From an uncultured Acidobacteriota bacterium (GTDB lineage: Bacteria > Acidobacteriota > UBA6911), in assembly GCA_963827655.1 (NCBI GenBank), contig CAWHCF010000002.1, forward strand, positions 128,001 to 192,000: a stretch of DNA of 64,000 nucleotides. The letters are read 5' to 3'. A program made the position numbers and the translations under genes. Positions within the stretch are counted from its first letter, which is position 1. The number at the start of each line of letters is the position of its first letter. Below are positions 19,794 to 31,540 of this stretch, in pieces. The notes beneath the pieces were generated by a model. That model was not told where the DNA came from. It did not search any database and saw nothing but the letters and a program-made list of their open reading frames with translations.

Positions 19794-22700
19794 ATGATTG
19801 TATCGCGGATCTTGTGGCAGATAAGCCCTCGAGTTTGCTGGTGCTCTTCTTTGTCGGACCTTCCTCTCTGGAAGCCCAGCAAGGCCGCGGCACTATTTCC
19901 GGGACAGTCAGCGACCCCAGCGGCGCCGCGGTGCCCGACGCCAGCGTCACGATTACCAATATCAGGACTAACGCCGTTTTTACCACCCAGACCAACCAGG
20001 AAGGCCTCTACACGGCGCCCGGGCTGGCCGTGGGCGATTACATCGTCAGCGCGGAACGGCAGGGGTTCAAGAGGGCGGTCCGCAAGGGAGTTACACTCCA
20101 GGTGGACCAGAAGGCCCACGTCAATCTAACGATGGATGTTGGCGGGATAGCCGACACGGTCGAGGTGGTTGTGCAAACGCCGCTCGTGGATGCAGGCGGC
20201 GCAACGCTCGGGGCCGTGATCGAGAATCGCCGCGTGAGCGACCTGCCGCTCAACGGCCGCAACGCGCTGTCGCTGACGTTGTTGAACTCAGGCGTAATCT
20301 CCAACGCGGGTCCGACCAACTCCGGTTTCGGAGACCGCGGCGTTCAGATCTCCTCCCTGAGTATCAACGGAAGCCCGAACTCGATGAACTCCCAGATGCT
20401 CGACGGCAACAACAACGTTTTGAGTTATGTGGGTGAAGTGGGAGTGCCGCCCGCCGTGGACGCCGTGGAAGAGTTCAAAGTCCAGAGCGGCACCATGTCG
20501 GCCGAGTTCGGCTTTACCGCGGGAGGAACCATCAACCTGGTGACCAAGTCGGGCAGCAATCAGTTTCACGGCACGCTGTACGAGTTCCTCCGCAACGACA
20601 AGTTCGATGCGCGCAATGCCTTCGCGCAGCGCCGGCTGCCGCTGCGCTATAACCAGTTCGGCGGGTCGATCGGGGGTCCCGTGATCAAGAATCGGACCTT
20701 CGCCTTCTTCAACTGGGAAGAGTACATCCTGCGCAGCAGCGCTCCGCGCATCACGAGCGTGCCGCTGCCGGAGTGGAAAAACGGCGACTTCAGCCGGCTG
20801 GCAACGGCCGCCGGGGTTCCCATCCCGATTTACGATCCCAGCACAACTCGCCCTAACCCGGCCGGCCAGGGTCAGGTGCGCGACCCGTTCCCGGGCAATA
20901 GTATTCCGGCGAATCGCTTCGATCCGATCACACGGAAGATTCTCGACTTCTGGCCCGCACCCAACCGCGCCCCTTCCAACCCTTTCACCTTCAGTCAGAA
21001 CTTCGAAGACAGCGCGCTCACGAAGACGGACTGGACCCAGGCGAATATCCGCGTCGACCACAGTTTCAACCAGAAGAACTCGATCTTCTTTCGTTATACG
21101 CACGCCCGGCACCAGACGGCCGGCAACAGCATCTTTACCGATCCGACCGTCGGCCAGAACCGCGAGGACGATCAGATCAACCGCAATGTGATGTTGTCGG
21201 ACTCCCACATCTTCTCGCCGACCCTCATCAACAACCTGCGCGTGGGCGCCATGCGGCAGTCGTTTGACTTTCGCGCCATCAACGCCGGCAAGGACTGGCC
21301 GCGCAAGCTGGGCTTGCCGGAGATCGTCCCGCCGGACCAGTTTCCGCAGATCGATTTCGGCTTCGGCATCATCGGGGGCCAGGCGTTCGGCGCCCGCGGG
21401 TCGCTGAACTGGGACATCCAGGACCTGGTCACCAAGATCACCGGGAATCACACGCTGAGGATCGGGTACAACCATCGCATTCTCCAGGGCTCGAACCGCC
21501 AGGGCGCGGCGCTGTCAGGTGACTACAGCTTCGCTGGCCTGACCAGCAACCCGCAAACCCCGGCCGGCACCGGTTCAAACCTGGCGCAGTTTCTGTTGGG
21601 TGAGGTAAGCAGCTCGTTCATTGACCGCATCCTGGGAAACTCCTGGCATGGCGTCGCCATCAGCGCATTCCTTCAGGATGACTGGCAAGTATCCCGGCGG
21701 CTCACACTGAATCTCGGGCTGCGCTGGGACTGGCAGCAGAAGCCCTACGAACGTCATGACGGCCATATCAACTTCGATCCCAACGGCCAGGTCCCCGGGC
21801 AGCCTTTCCGGGGTACCACGGTATATGCGGGCGTTGACGGCCAGCCGCGCACCTTCCTGGAAGAGGACTGGAACGACTTCGGCCCGCGCTTCGGCGTTGC
21901 CTTCGATCTGTTCGGCAATGGCAAGACGGTTTTCCGCGCGGGATACGGCATTTTCTATCCGTCGATCTTTTTCCGCACCTTCCTGGGCAACACGCAGTTG
22001 TTCTCCAACACCACCACCACCTACGTGGCCCAGGGCGCGGGACAGCGCGCCTTCCGCTTCCAGGATGCGTTTCCGACCCGACCGCTGGAGTCACCCGGCT
22101 CGTCGGCGGGTCCGCTGGCACTGCTGGGCCAAACGGTGTCGCTCACTGAGAGCGACGGCACGACGCCTTTGACACAGCAATGGAACGTCAGTCTCCAGCA
22201 AGAGCTCGGCAACTGGCTCCTCGAGGTCACGTACGCAGCCAACAAGGGGAACAGCTTCGCCGCCAACAACTACAACCTGAATCAAGTCGACCCCGCCCTG
22301 CGCCTGCAGCTGGGACAGGCGCTGTTCACGCCGGTACCCAACCCGTACGCGGGCCAGGTGCCCGGCGGACTGGGCGCCGCGACCACTACGCCCGAACGGT
22401 TGCTGATGGCTTTCCCCTATTACAACGCCGTCAATGTGCGTAATCCGCGCCTGGGCAACTACCTCTCGCACCAGTTGCAGGTGAACATGCGCAAACGCAT
22501 GTACGACGGCTTTCTGCTCGACTTCGCCTACACCAACGGCAAGAAGATCAGTGACTCGAACCTCATCCCGGTGGATTTCGGTCCCATCGAACAAGTGACC
22601 CAGAACGAGTTTCAGAATGGACTCTACAACCGCCAGTCAAACCGCTCTCTGGACCCGGGGGACGTCGCCCAGCGACTGGTGACGAGCGCGCTCTACGAGC

Positions 22701-23218
22701 TGCCGTTCGGGCGCGGCAAGAGGTGGAACCCGGCCAACGGCGCGCTTAGCCGGATCGCGAGCGGCTGGCAGATCAATCTGATCGGTGTGATGCAAGGGGG
22801 CATTCCCCTCACGGTGCGCGGCGCCAACAACTTCCAGGCTGACCGGCCGAATTCCACCGGCCAGAGTGCCAGCCTGCCGGGCGATCAGCGCTCCGCGCAG
22901 CGCTGGTTCGACACGACCCAGTTCGTGAATCCTCCGGACTTCACTTTCGGCAATGTCAGCCGCACCATTCCCGATGTGCGCCATCCTGGCGCGATCAACT
23001 TCGACGTGTCGGTCATCAAGGACACGCAGATCACCGAGCGATTACGGCTGCAATTTCGCGCGGAAGCGTTTAACGTGCCCAACCACGTGAATCTCGGATT
23101 GGTGGACGATACCTTCGGCGCCGGCCCCGATGGGAGGAATTCCCGTGCCCAGTTCGGCACCATCACTTCAGCCCGGGACGCTCGCATTCTGCAATTTGGC
23201 TTGAAGCTGATTTTTTGA
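19794..23218 (+). CDS. TonB-dependent receptor (Oar-like, carboxypeptidase-regulatory N-domain) no. 1
   Basis: GGAGG RBS and ATG at 19794, with a probable 1-nt indel in the signal peptide; GTISGTVSDPSGA, LPLNGRN, YEFLRND, C-terminal QFGLKLIF. Confidence 0.9.
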
Positions 23219-23219
23219 G

Positions 23220-23256
23220 GAAACAAATACCGCCAGGACACGAAGACACGAAGAAC
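23220..23256 (+). repeat. Family-1 repeat copy
   Basis: gaaacaaataccgccaggacacgaagacacgaagaa. Confidence 0.8.
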
Positions 23257-23285
23257 CTGATGCTTTTCAATTGGAGGCTGTGAAT

Positions 23286-24274
23286 ATGAAATATTTTCGG
23301 GCGCTGATGCCGATCGGCTTGATCGTTGTGCTCGGCTTTGTCTGGCTTGTCACCTCAAGGCAGGAGACCCAGGCGACTCCAGGAGATGTGAAGCTGATCG
23401 TCCCTGGGGTGTGGTTCCGCGAAGGCGAGCTCCTCGACAAGGGCCATTGCAACAACATCTGGATCGAAATGAAGGACTACCTGATTGTCGTGGATGCCAA
23501 TTTCCCGAGCGGAGCCGAGGCTTGCCTGGCCGATATCAAGAAGACCTCCCAGAAACCTGTGAAGTACGTGTTTGACACGCACCATCACGGCGACCACGCC
23601 TACGGAAACCCTGTCTGGACAAAGTTGGGAGCCACTACGCTGGCTACGGCAGGTGTTGCCGAAGAAATGAAGCGCTATGAGCCGAAGCGCTGGCTGGACA
23701 CAGCCAAACAGCGGAAAGATGTGGGCTGCTTTGAATCTTCCGACGGCTGAACCTCCCAAACAAACTTTCAAGGAGAACAAGTTCGTGCTGGACGATGGCT
23801 CTCGCAAGGTCGAGTTTCATTTCCTGGGGTGGGCGCACACTCGGGGCGATGGCTTTGTCTATCTACCCAAGGAAAAAATCATCTGCACCGGAGATGCCGT
23901 GGTTAACGGTCCTTACAATTTCATGGGGGACGGCAATTCCGCCAACTGGCCCAAGGTCATCGAGAAGGCTCTTCGATTCGATGTGACCACCGTCCTGCCG
24001 GGACATGGTGTCCCGGGGACAAAGGACGTGATGAAGGGGCAAGCGCAGTTTTTTGTGGAATTGCGCAAGGCTGTCGGCGATGCCATCAAGTCCGGCAAGA
24101 AGGTGGAAGATCTGGTAACCAAACAGGGGGATAAGGTAACCGGCACCAACCTCAAGCTTCCTGATTCGGTAAAGAATTGGGTAGATACTGAACGGATGGG
24201 TCGGACAGGTGGAAGTTGTGTACAAGGAAATCACCATGGGAAAACCTCATGGTGAAATCCAGGGCGGGAAATAG
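23286..24274 (+). CDS. Secreted MBL-fold metallo-hydrolase (frameshifts near 23725 and 24200)
   Basis: Signal peptide; THHHGDH (HxHxDH), AHTRGD, GD, PGHG; ORFs 23271-23750 and 23677-24255, ending ..GKPHGEIQGGK-stop. Confidence 0.85.
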
Positions 24275-24403
24275 CTACGGAAGGCTTTGTCAGAAGCTAA
24301 CGCCCTTCGCCAACTGATAGCTGACCGCTGATAGCTCAGCGCGGCCAGGCGTTCTTGATCATTTGTTGGTTGCGGCCTTCCGGGCCGCGCTGTGTCTTCG
24401 CGG

Positions 24404-24432
24404 TTAACGCTGCGGTTGCCGCCTGATATAAT
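24404..24432 (+). promoter_or_regulatory. Sigma70 promoter with extended -10 upstream of the OmpA gene
   Basis: TTAACG-N17-TATAAT with TGn immediately before the -10 box. Confidence 0.55.
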
Positions 24433-24547
24433 GCCAATTCGGCGGAAGCGGAGGAGCTGGAGTTGGTTTCGCCGCCGTATCCTTAAAACTGCCGAGATCG
24501 AGTCAATCCTTGGACCCTCTCGGCGCGTCTATCGTGAGGGCGCGATT

Positions 24548-25513
24548 ATGTATGCCATTCGTCGATCCTGCTTTGGTCTTGTCCTGGTGACGGTTGTGGC
24601 ATCCGGGATGCCGCTTGCCTTAACGCAGACAAAAGAGACATCCAACGAGTCGCCCAGGACCACGGGCGTATCGCTGGGCGAGAAGAGAAAGATCGAGGGC
24701 ACGATTGCCGCGCGTGACGGTGACCGCATCACCGTGCGTCTGGCGGCAACCGAATCCAGCCTGGTGGTCAAGCTCAACAGCCTTTCAGAGATCAGGGAGA
24801 AGAAAAGCAATCCCTTCCGCAAGGCGCAGCGTTACCATGCCGGACAGCTGGTGCCTGGCTTGTCGGTCGAAGTGGAGGGTCGCGGCGACAGCGATGGCAC
24901 TCTCGTGGCGGACAAGGTCCGGTTCACCAACGATGATTTCCTGATGGCTCGGACCGTGGATACGCGAGTTGCGCCGGTCGAGGAGAATTCGCGCAGGATG
25001 TCGGGCCAGATCGCGGAACTGGAAGAGATTTCCAACGCCGCCAGGGGGGGCGCCAAGGCAGCGCAGGATACTGCCGACAAAGCCCATGAGCGCATCACGT
25101 CACTCGATGACTACGAACCGGTCCACAATGTCACCATCCGATTCAAAGTGGGGAGCTCCCTTCTCTCGACCGAAGCCAGACGGTACCTCGATGACGTAGC
25201 CCGTGAGGCCAAGAACCATAAGGGCTTTGTCATCGAAGTTGCAGGTTTCGCCTCTTCTGAAGGCGATCAATCTCTTAACCGCCGTCTGAGCCGTCAAAGG
25301 GCTCAGGCTGCGGCGGAGTACCTGGCGGAACAGCATGACATTTCGTTGCGCAGAATCATGATTCCTACCGGTTACGGAGTGTCGCGCCCCGTGGCAGACA
25401 ACTCCACCCGTACGGGGCGGCAGGAAAATCGGCGCGCCGAAGTGACGGTCCTCGTAAGCCGCGGGATGATCACGCAGGCGAGCGGAGTCCAGCCGCCTGT
25501 CGACAATCGATAG
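24548..25513 (+). CDS. OmpA-family peptidoglycan-binding protein with N-terminal OB-like (DUF5666-like) domain
   Basis: Signal MYAIRRSCFGLVLV; C-terminal IEVAGFAS..G...NRRLSRQRA, GYG...P...NRRAEV. Confidence 0.85.
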   Translation: MYAIRRSCFGLVLVTVVASGMPLALTQTKETSNESPRTTGVSLGEKRKIEGTIAARDGDRITVRLAATESSLVVKLNSLSEIREKKSNPFRKAQRYHAGQLVPGLSVEVEGRGDSDGTLVADKVRFTNDDFLMARTVDTRVAPVEENSRRMSGQIAELEEISNAARGGAKAAQDTADKAHERITSLDDYEPVHNVTIRFKVGSSLLSTEARRYLDDVAREAKNHKGFVIEVAGFASSEGDQSLNRRLSRQRAQAAAEYLAEQHDISLRRIMIPTGYGVSRPVADNSTRTGRQENRRAEVTVLVSRGMITQASGVQPPVDNR

Positions 25514-25559
25514 GACCGCTGAGAAGGCTTTGGTGACTTGTAGCCGCCGGCGCAGCAAC

Positions 25560-25880
25560 CTTCCCAGACTAAGGCGGTAGCAAGTTTCGCCCCGGAGGGG
25601 CGACGGAAATTAGCCCCGGGCAAGCGAAGCGCAGCCCGGGGTTTCGGGGTTTATAGTCTATGCGCCCTGAAGGGGGCGCAGGAGCATTGAGCGGCAGCAC
25701 CCAGCGCCACCTCCGGGGCGCTTTTCTTTGCTTGTGTGTGACCGGGGGCAGCGCTCCGCTTGCCCCCCGGCTAATTTCCTTCGCCCTTTCAGGGCGCGAG
25801 CTGGCGTAACCATTCAGGTTCACAGCAAGCTACCGCACTCCAGGGGCGCGCCTTTGGCGTGCGCAAGCTTGCTCGCGAAA
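25560..25880. repeat. Cluster of REP-like palindromes (family 3 and related hairpins)
   Basis: Hairpins tcgccccggaggggcga, agccccggg..cccggggt, cgccctgaagggggcg, cgccctttcagggcg; also cagcaagctaccgcactccagg, matching ggagtgcggcagcttgct at 55779 and 31437. Confidence 0.7.
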
Positions 25881-26250
25881 ATCGCTGTCCACCCCGGTTC
25901 CTCAAGAACTTCTACGACCAGGCAGATTTACCTAAAAAAGCATTTCATCGAAGAAGAGAAACTAGTAAAACAGATCTGCTTGCCGGCCAAGCGTGCTCGG
26001 CGAATCCCCCCGGTGCCCGCGTCCACGACGCACAGTTCCAGTACAATCCCCCACCTTTCGACATGCGTATCGACGCACCACGCCTTCCTGGCCATGAGTC
26101 TTGGCGGGCACGGATGGCAGCAGCGATCGCCAGGAGCAGAACGTGCTCGACAGATCTCGTCCTCGGAGGCCGGTCGTATTCGCTCCATCTGTGATTCGTT
26201 CAGTTGGGCCGAGAGGTCCGGAGATACTTCTGAATTCAATGGAGGTGCGT

Positions 26251-29200
26251 ATGCGCGATATACCGTTTTGGCGATGCCAGGCTGTGACCTGCACTATCTG
26301 CAAAGATGCCAGGCGTACGAGACGCAAGCCATCGGTTGGTCTCTTTTTCGTGCTGACCGCCGTGAGCCTTCAGCCGCTTTGGGCGCAGAGAGACACCGGA
26401 ACCATCCGCGGCACTGCAACGGACTCTACCGGCGCGGTGATCCCCCAGGTACAGGTGACAATCACCGACGAGCGGACCAATGTTGTGGCCTTCACCACAG
26501 AAACCGACGAGGCTGGGCGCTACGTCGCGCCCGCGCTCAAGGCCAGCGCCTACCTGGTGAGCGCTGAGATCAGCGGATTCAAGAAAGCGATTCGCCGCGG
26601 TGTGATTCTCGACGTGAACCAGGTGGCGATCGTGGACATCGCGCTCGATATCGGAGAAGTTTCCGAGGTTCTGGAGGTCAGCGGCGCGGCGCCCTTGATG
26701 CGCACCGAATCCGCTGAGTTGGGAGACGTCGTCGAGCAGCGCCGCGTGGTCGAGCTGCCGCTCAACGGCCGCTTCTTCGTCAATCTGGTTGCCCTGACTA
26801 CCGGCGTCAATCCGCCGGCTGCCGTGCAGAACCCGAATAACAACGTATTCCTCGGCGCCCGGGCCGGCCAGCCGGGCGTGCAGGTCAACGGGCAGCGTCC
26901 GGGCAGCAACAACTATACTGTGGACGGGATCGATAATGCGGAAAGCACCGTGGGTAACATCGTTCTCTATCCGCCCATCGACGCCATTCAGGAATTCAAA
27001 GTTCAGACCAGCAACCAGGAAGCCGAGTTCGGCAAGAATCCCGGAGCCACCATCAACGTCGTCATCCGCGGCGGCACCAATGATCTGCACGGCAACGTAT
27101 ACGAGTTTCTGCGCAACGACCGCCTGGACGCCCGTAACTTCTTCGACCGACCCGACTCGGCCAAGCCTCCATTCCGGCTGAATCAATACGGCGCGACACT
27201 GGGCGGTCCCTTGGTCAAAAACAGAAGTTTCGCTTTCGGTTATTACGAGGGGTACAAGATCCGCCAGGCGCAGACACTGGTTCGCACGGTGGCCACGCCG
27301 CTGATGCGCACCGGAAATCTCTCCGAACTGGGGCGGCCGATCTACGACCCTCTGACCTATGACGCATCGACCAACCTGCGGCAACGCTTTCCGGGAGATA
27401 CAATACCGGAGAGCCGGCTGAATCCGGTGTCCCTGAGACTCCTCGAGATGCAATCTCCGCTGCCGAACCGGCCGGGCATCGGGGGTAATTTCGTCTGGAA
27501 TCCCAAGCGCATCTCCGACAGCAATTCGTTCGGCACCCGCGTCGATCATCAGTTCAGCAGCAAGGACAACGTGTTCGGCCGTTTCATGTTTCAAAATTTC
27601 ACTCTCGATGATCCGGGCGTGTTGACCCTGCCCATCCTGCCCAATCGTTACATCGGCAACACGAAACCGATCGAGGCCGCGCACGAAATCCTGAACGTGC
27701 GGGGACTGGCCCTGGGCTGGAACCGCACCTTCAGCCCGCGAGTCGTGAGCGAATTCCGCGCCGGCTTCACGCGTGAGAGAGTTGACTTCCCCAACCCGCT
27801 GCAGGACACCAAGGCTGCCGAGGCCGTGGGCATCCCCAACGTCAACAACCCGGCCGTTTCTTATTCTGGAGGGCTTCCCACTTTCGGCATCGGGGGCTTC
27901 ACCGGGCTGGGAGAGAGCCAGATCCAGCCGTTCATCGTCGTGGACAACAACTTCCAGTACACCGAGCACCTGACCTGGCTGAAGGGCAACCATAACATCC
28001 GGTTGGGCGGGAATGTGATCCGCAGGCAATATAACTTTTACCAGGTGCTTGGCCAGCGGGGGAATTTCAACTTCGATGGCAGCTTTACCAGCCAGCTTGG
28101 TGTGGGCGGCTCCGGAAGCGGGCTGGGCGACTTCCTTCTCGGCTTCCCGCTGAACAGCACGCTCTCGGTCATCAACAACCCGGTCGGACAGCGCCAGATC
28201 GAGATGGGCATTTACATCCACGACACCTGGAAAGCCGCGTCAAACCTCACCCTGGCGCTGGGCCTGCGCTACGAGCTCTTCACGCCGCGAGTGGAGGTCG
28301 CCGATCGTCAGGCGAATTTCGACCCGACTTACCCGGGAGGCGCCGTGGTGGTCGCTTCAGATTCGGCGCCCTGCGGCCGGGCGCTCCGCTGCCTGGATGG
28401 CGGGAATCTCGCGCCGCGCTTCGGCTTCGCTTACCAGATTGCGAAAAACATGGTGATTCGCGGCGGCTACGGCATCTCCTACGATGATTATGCCGTGCAC
28501 GCCTTCGGCGGCATCACCACGGGGTTGATGATCAACCCGCCGTTCTGGCGGGGCCAGGCAATTATCAACGCTATTACCACGCCTACCAACCGGCTGGAGG
28601 ACGGCGTTCCTCCGGTGGTCTCTGTGCCTGTGAGCGACGGGCGTGTGGTTCCGGTACCCGGACTGCTTTACCAGACTAAATATCAGGACCCTCATGGCAA
28701 GAATTCCTACGTGCAGCAGTGGAACCTGACGATGGAACACGAACTGTTCACCGACCTGCTGACGACCATCTCTTACGTGGGCAACAAGGGTACCCGGAAC
28801 ATGTACACCTCCAACATCAACCAGGCCTACCCTGGGCCCGGCGCCGTGGCGGCGCGGCGCCCGTTCCCGGCCTGGCCCGACATCACCACGATGTTCATGG
28901 ACGGGCTCTCCAACTACAACAGCCTCCAGGCCAAGCTGCAAAAGCGGTTCTCGCGCGGAGTCAGTTTTCTGACCGGCTACACCTGGTCGAAGAGCATCGA
29001 CAACGCCAAGGGGGAGGCAGGGGCTCCCATGATCGTCCGCAATCTCAAGGCGGACCGCGCGCGATCGGATTGGGACATCAATCACCGCTTCATTTTCAGC
29101 GGGACTTTGGAGATGCCGTTCGGTCCGGGCAAGCCGATCGGTCGTGACGTCACAGGCGTGGTGCGTAAGATGATCGAGGGCTGGATGGTGAACCCGATCA

Positions 29201-29634
29201 TCGTGATGCAGACCGGCCTGCCGTTTACTCCCGCGCTGGTGGCATCGGTGGCCAATACCGGTACCTTCAGCCGGCCGGACCGGATTGCAAGCGGCAAGCT
29301 TGAAACGCGGACTGTCGATCGCTGGTTTGACCCCACGGCCTTCACCACGCCGGCTCTTTTCACTTTCGGCAACAGCGGGCGGAACATTCTCACCGGTCCG
29401 GGCACTCGTCAGGTCGACGTCAGCTTCCTGAAAACAACTTCGTTCTCTGCCGACGGCGCCCGGTCTTTACAGTTCCGCGCGGAATTCTTCAACCTGTTCA
29501 ACACGCCGCAGTTCAATAACCCGGACGTGAATATCGGTTCGCCGAACGCGGGACGGATTCTGGGCGCGGGAGATCCAGCGAACTTCACTCGCACCTCGCG
29601 CCAGATTCAACTTGGATTGAAGCTTTACTTCTAG
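26251..29634 (+). CDS. TonB-dependent receptor (Oar-like) no. 2
   Basis: GGAGG RBS and ATG at 26251; GTIRGTATDSTGA, LPLNGR, YEFLRND, QLGLKLYF. Confidence 0.92.
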   Translation: MRDIPFWRCQAVTCTICKDARRTRRKPSVGLFFVLTAVSLQPLWAQRDTGTIRGTATDSTGAVIPQVQVTITDERTNVVAFTTETDEAGRYVAPALKASAYLVSAEISGFKKAIRRGVILDVNQVAIVDIALDIGEVSEVLEVSGAAPLMRTESAELGDVVEQRRVVELPLNGRFFVNLVALTTGVNPPAAVQNPNNNVFLGARAGQPGVQVNGQRPGSNNYTVDGIDNAESTVGNIVLYPPIDAIQEFKVQTSNQEAEFGKNPGATINVVIRGGTNDLHGNVYEFLRNDRLDARNFFDRPDSAKPPFRLNQYGATLGGPLVKNRSFAFGYYEGYKIRQAQTLVRTVATPLMRTGNLSELGRPIYDPLTYDASTNLRQRFPGDTIPESRLNPVSLRLLEMQSPLPNRPGIGGNFVWNPKRISDSNSFGTRVDHQFSSKDNVFGRFMFQNFTLDDPGVLTLPILPNRYIGNTKPIEAAHEILNVRGLALGWNRTFSPRVVSEFRAGFTRERVDFPNPLQDTKAAEAVGIPNVNNPAVSYSGGLPTFGIGGFTGLGESQIQPFIVVDNNFQYTEHLTWLKGNHNIRLGGNVIRRQYNFYQVLGQRGNFNFDGSFTSQLGVGGSGSGLGDFLLGFPLNSTLSVINNPVGQRQIEMGIYIHDTWKAASNLTLALGLRYELFTPRVEVADRQANFDPTYPGGAVVVASDSAPCGRALRCLDGGNLAPRFGFAYQIAKNMVIRGGYGISYDDYAVHAFGGITTGLMINPPFWRGQAIINAITTPTNRLEDGVPPVVSVPVSDGRVVPVPGLLYQTKYQDPHGKNSYVQQWNLTMEHELFTDLLTTISYVGNKGTRNMYTSNINQAYPGPGAVAARRPFPAWPDITTMFMDGLSNYNSLQAKLQKRFSRGVSFLTGYTWSKSIDNAKGEAGAPMIVRNLKADRARSDWDINHRFIFSGTLEMPFGPGKPIGRDVTGVVRKMIEGWMVNPIIVMQTGLPFTPALVASVANTGTFSRPDRIASGKLETRTVDRWFDPTAFTTPALFTFGNSGRNILTGPGTRQVDVSFLKTTSFSADGARSLQFRAEFFNLFNTPQFNNPDVNIGSPNAGRILGAGDPANFTRTSRQIQLGLKLYF

Positions 29635-29640
29635 TCCTGG

Positions 29641-29720
29641 CGTTTCTTCGAGTGTTCGTATGTTAGAGTTGGTCTTGTTTCGCGGCACTAACCACGAAGA
29701 CTCGAAGACACGAAGAAATC
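29641..29720. repeat. Family-1 repeat, inverted pair
   Basis: cgtttcttcgagtgttcg ... ctaaccacgaagactcgaagacacgaagaaa. Confidence 0.7.
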
Positions 29721-29744
29721 ACCTGAAGGAAGTCGAAGGGCGAA

Positions 29745-31368
29745 ATGGTAACTCCCGGCACAGAGAAAACTTCGGCTCACGGCGCCGGTTCGCCGACTTC
29801 CAGGCGGCAGTTCCTCACAACCACGCTGGCTGGAGCGGGCGTCCTCGCCGTGCGTCCGCAAGGGGAACCGAACTGGAATCCTGGCATTGTCCGTCACCTG
29901 CTCCCGGCAGTCAGCCACAACCGGTTGCGGCTGAAGGCCGGTTTTGACCGGCCCTTGACCGCAGTCCCGTTGTTACGCGCAGGCTCGCGGTCGGCGCCCG
30001 GCGTTCGCACCGATACCGCAGGGGAGTTCTATTCGTTTGACATCGCCGGTCTGGAGCCGGAGCGCAGGTATAGTCTGGAGCTTGCTGGACTCGCGCGGCA
30101 AACCGCTGTGCGACCCGTGGCCGATCTCGAGTTTTCCCAGCCCCGAAGCGCAACCGAAGCGATTCCGGCTGCTGGTTTATACCTGCGCCGGCGGTCATCC
30201 AGCCACGGTCAACCCCGATACGGGTCACCCGTACTGGGTGTCGATCACCAATCGGCGAAAGATGCTGTTGACGGGGCTTTCGTACCAACCCGATGCGGTG
30301 ATCGCAATCGGCGACCACGTCTACTGGGACTTGCGTTCCCCGGTAGGTTCGACCAATCTCGGCAATTCGCCCGTCGCGCGCAAGCTGGTGGGCGAGTTCG
30401 CCCGCTCCGAACCGATCCTCGGAACAGATAATGAACGAAAGCTGAAACTTGTCGTCACTCCTCAGTTACGCGATCTCTACGGCACGATCTTCCGTTCCAT
30501 GCCGGTCTTCTTCGTCCAGGATGATCACGATTACTTCGAGAACGATGAGGCAACCGAGGCGATGGTCACCTTCCCGCCGGACGATTTCATGCTTCGGCTG
30601 GCCCGCGCGACCCAGGGGCTCTACTACCCCGAGTTTCTGCCCGACTCCGGCCGGCCGCGGGGATTGCCCGGCAGCGGCGATGTATCGGAATCTTACGGGA
30701 CGCTGCGCTACGGCAAGCTGATTGAAGTAATGATGTACGACTGCCGGCGCTGCCTGACGCTGAAGGGACCGGCCGCCGGATTTCTCCCCGACACGGTGGA
30801 GGCCTGGCTTCTGAGGCGAATGGCCGCGCTGGAGACGCACCACATTGTCAATCTGCCCTCGACTCCCGTGGGCTGGAGTGCCGGAAAGTGGGGCGAATGG
30901 TATCCGGATCTGCTGCAGCCTGACGGCAAGCTCGGTACCGTCAAGCCGAAGTACTTCTGGCAGCCGGGGTGGAAGTCACAACACGATCGTCTGCTCAGCG
31001 CGGCGTCGGCGATGACGCGAATTCCGCTGTTCCTGAGCGGCGATCTCCATGCTCTGGCGGAAGGCAAGATTCGGCGCTACGGCCAGCTCGACTTCAGCCG
31101 CAATCCGGTCGTCTCGGTATTGACCGGCCCTATCAGCACCGGCCCGAAAGCCTGGCCTTCGGCCTGGCGCGGGACGGCACCCCAGACTCCGACCGGACTC
31201 GAGAACGAAGAAGGACTGCAGCCGCTCGAAAAGAACGGATTCTCCATCATCGACTTCACCGAGGATCGGATCGAAGGACAGTTCTTCAGTTGGAAAATGG
31301 GCGAACCTGAGGAGCGGCTGGACAACCTGAAACCCTTTCACCGTTTTACGCTGGAGCGTCGGCTGTGA
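29745..31368 (+). CDS. Tat-exported PhoD-like metallophosphoesterase (frameshift near 30085)
   Basis: TSRRQFL Tat motif; YTC, GDHVYWD, DDHDYFEND, YDCRR, SGDLH. Confidence 0.75.
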
Positions 31369-31427
31369 GAAGGTGTAAGCAAATCCTCAAACCCACCGTG
31401 TGTAGGGTGGTTTCGCGATTTCGCGGC

Positions 31428-31540
31428 CGCGGCCTTGGAGTGCGGTAGCATTGCTACCGCCTTATTTATGGCGAAGCTTGCTTCGCCGTGCGCGAACGAC
31501 TGCGTAAGCCGGACGGGCTTGATAGCCCGTCCGCACAGGT
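31428..31540. repeat. Family-3 REP-like element plus partial family-2 hairpin
   Basis: ggagtgcggtagcattgctaccgc, ggcgaagcttgcttcgcc, cggacgggcttgatagcccgtccgcaca. Confidence 0.7.

Noticed and set aside
19576-19995. N-terminal extensions given by the ORF track for the GNAT, TonB receptor 1, collar 3, adhesin A and OmpA
   Set aside because: They overlap other genes or repeats; better starts with RBS or signal peptides lie downstream.
26251-26310. Cys-rich N-terminus of TonB receptor 2 (CQAVTCTIC) as a metal site
   Set aside because: It lies in the n-region of a cleavable signal peptide, and conservation cannot be shown from this window.
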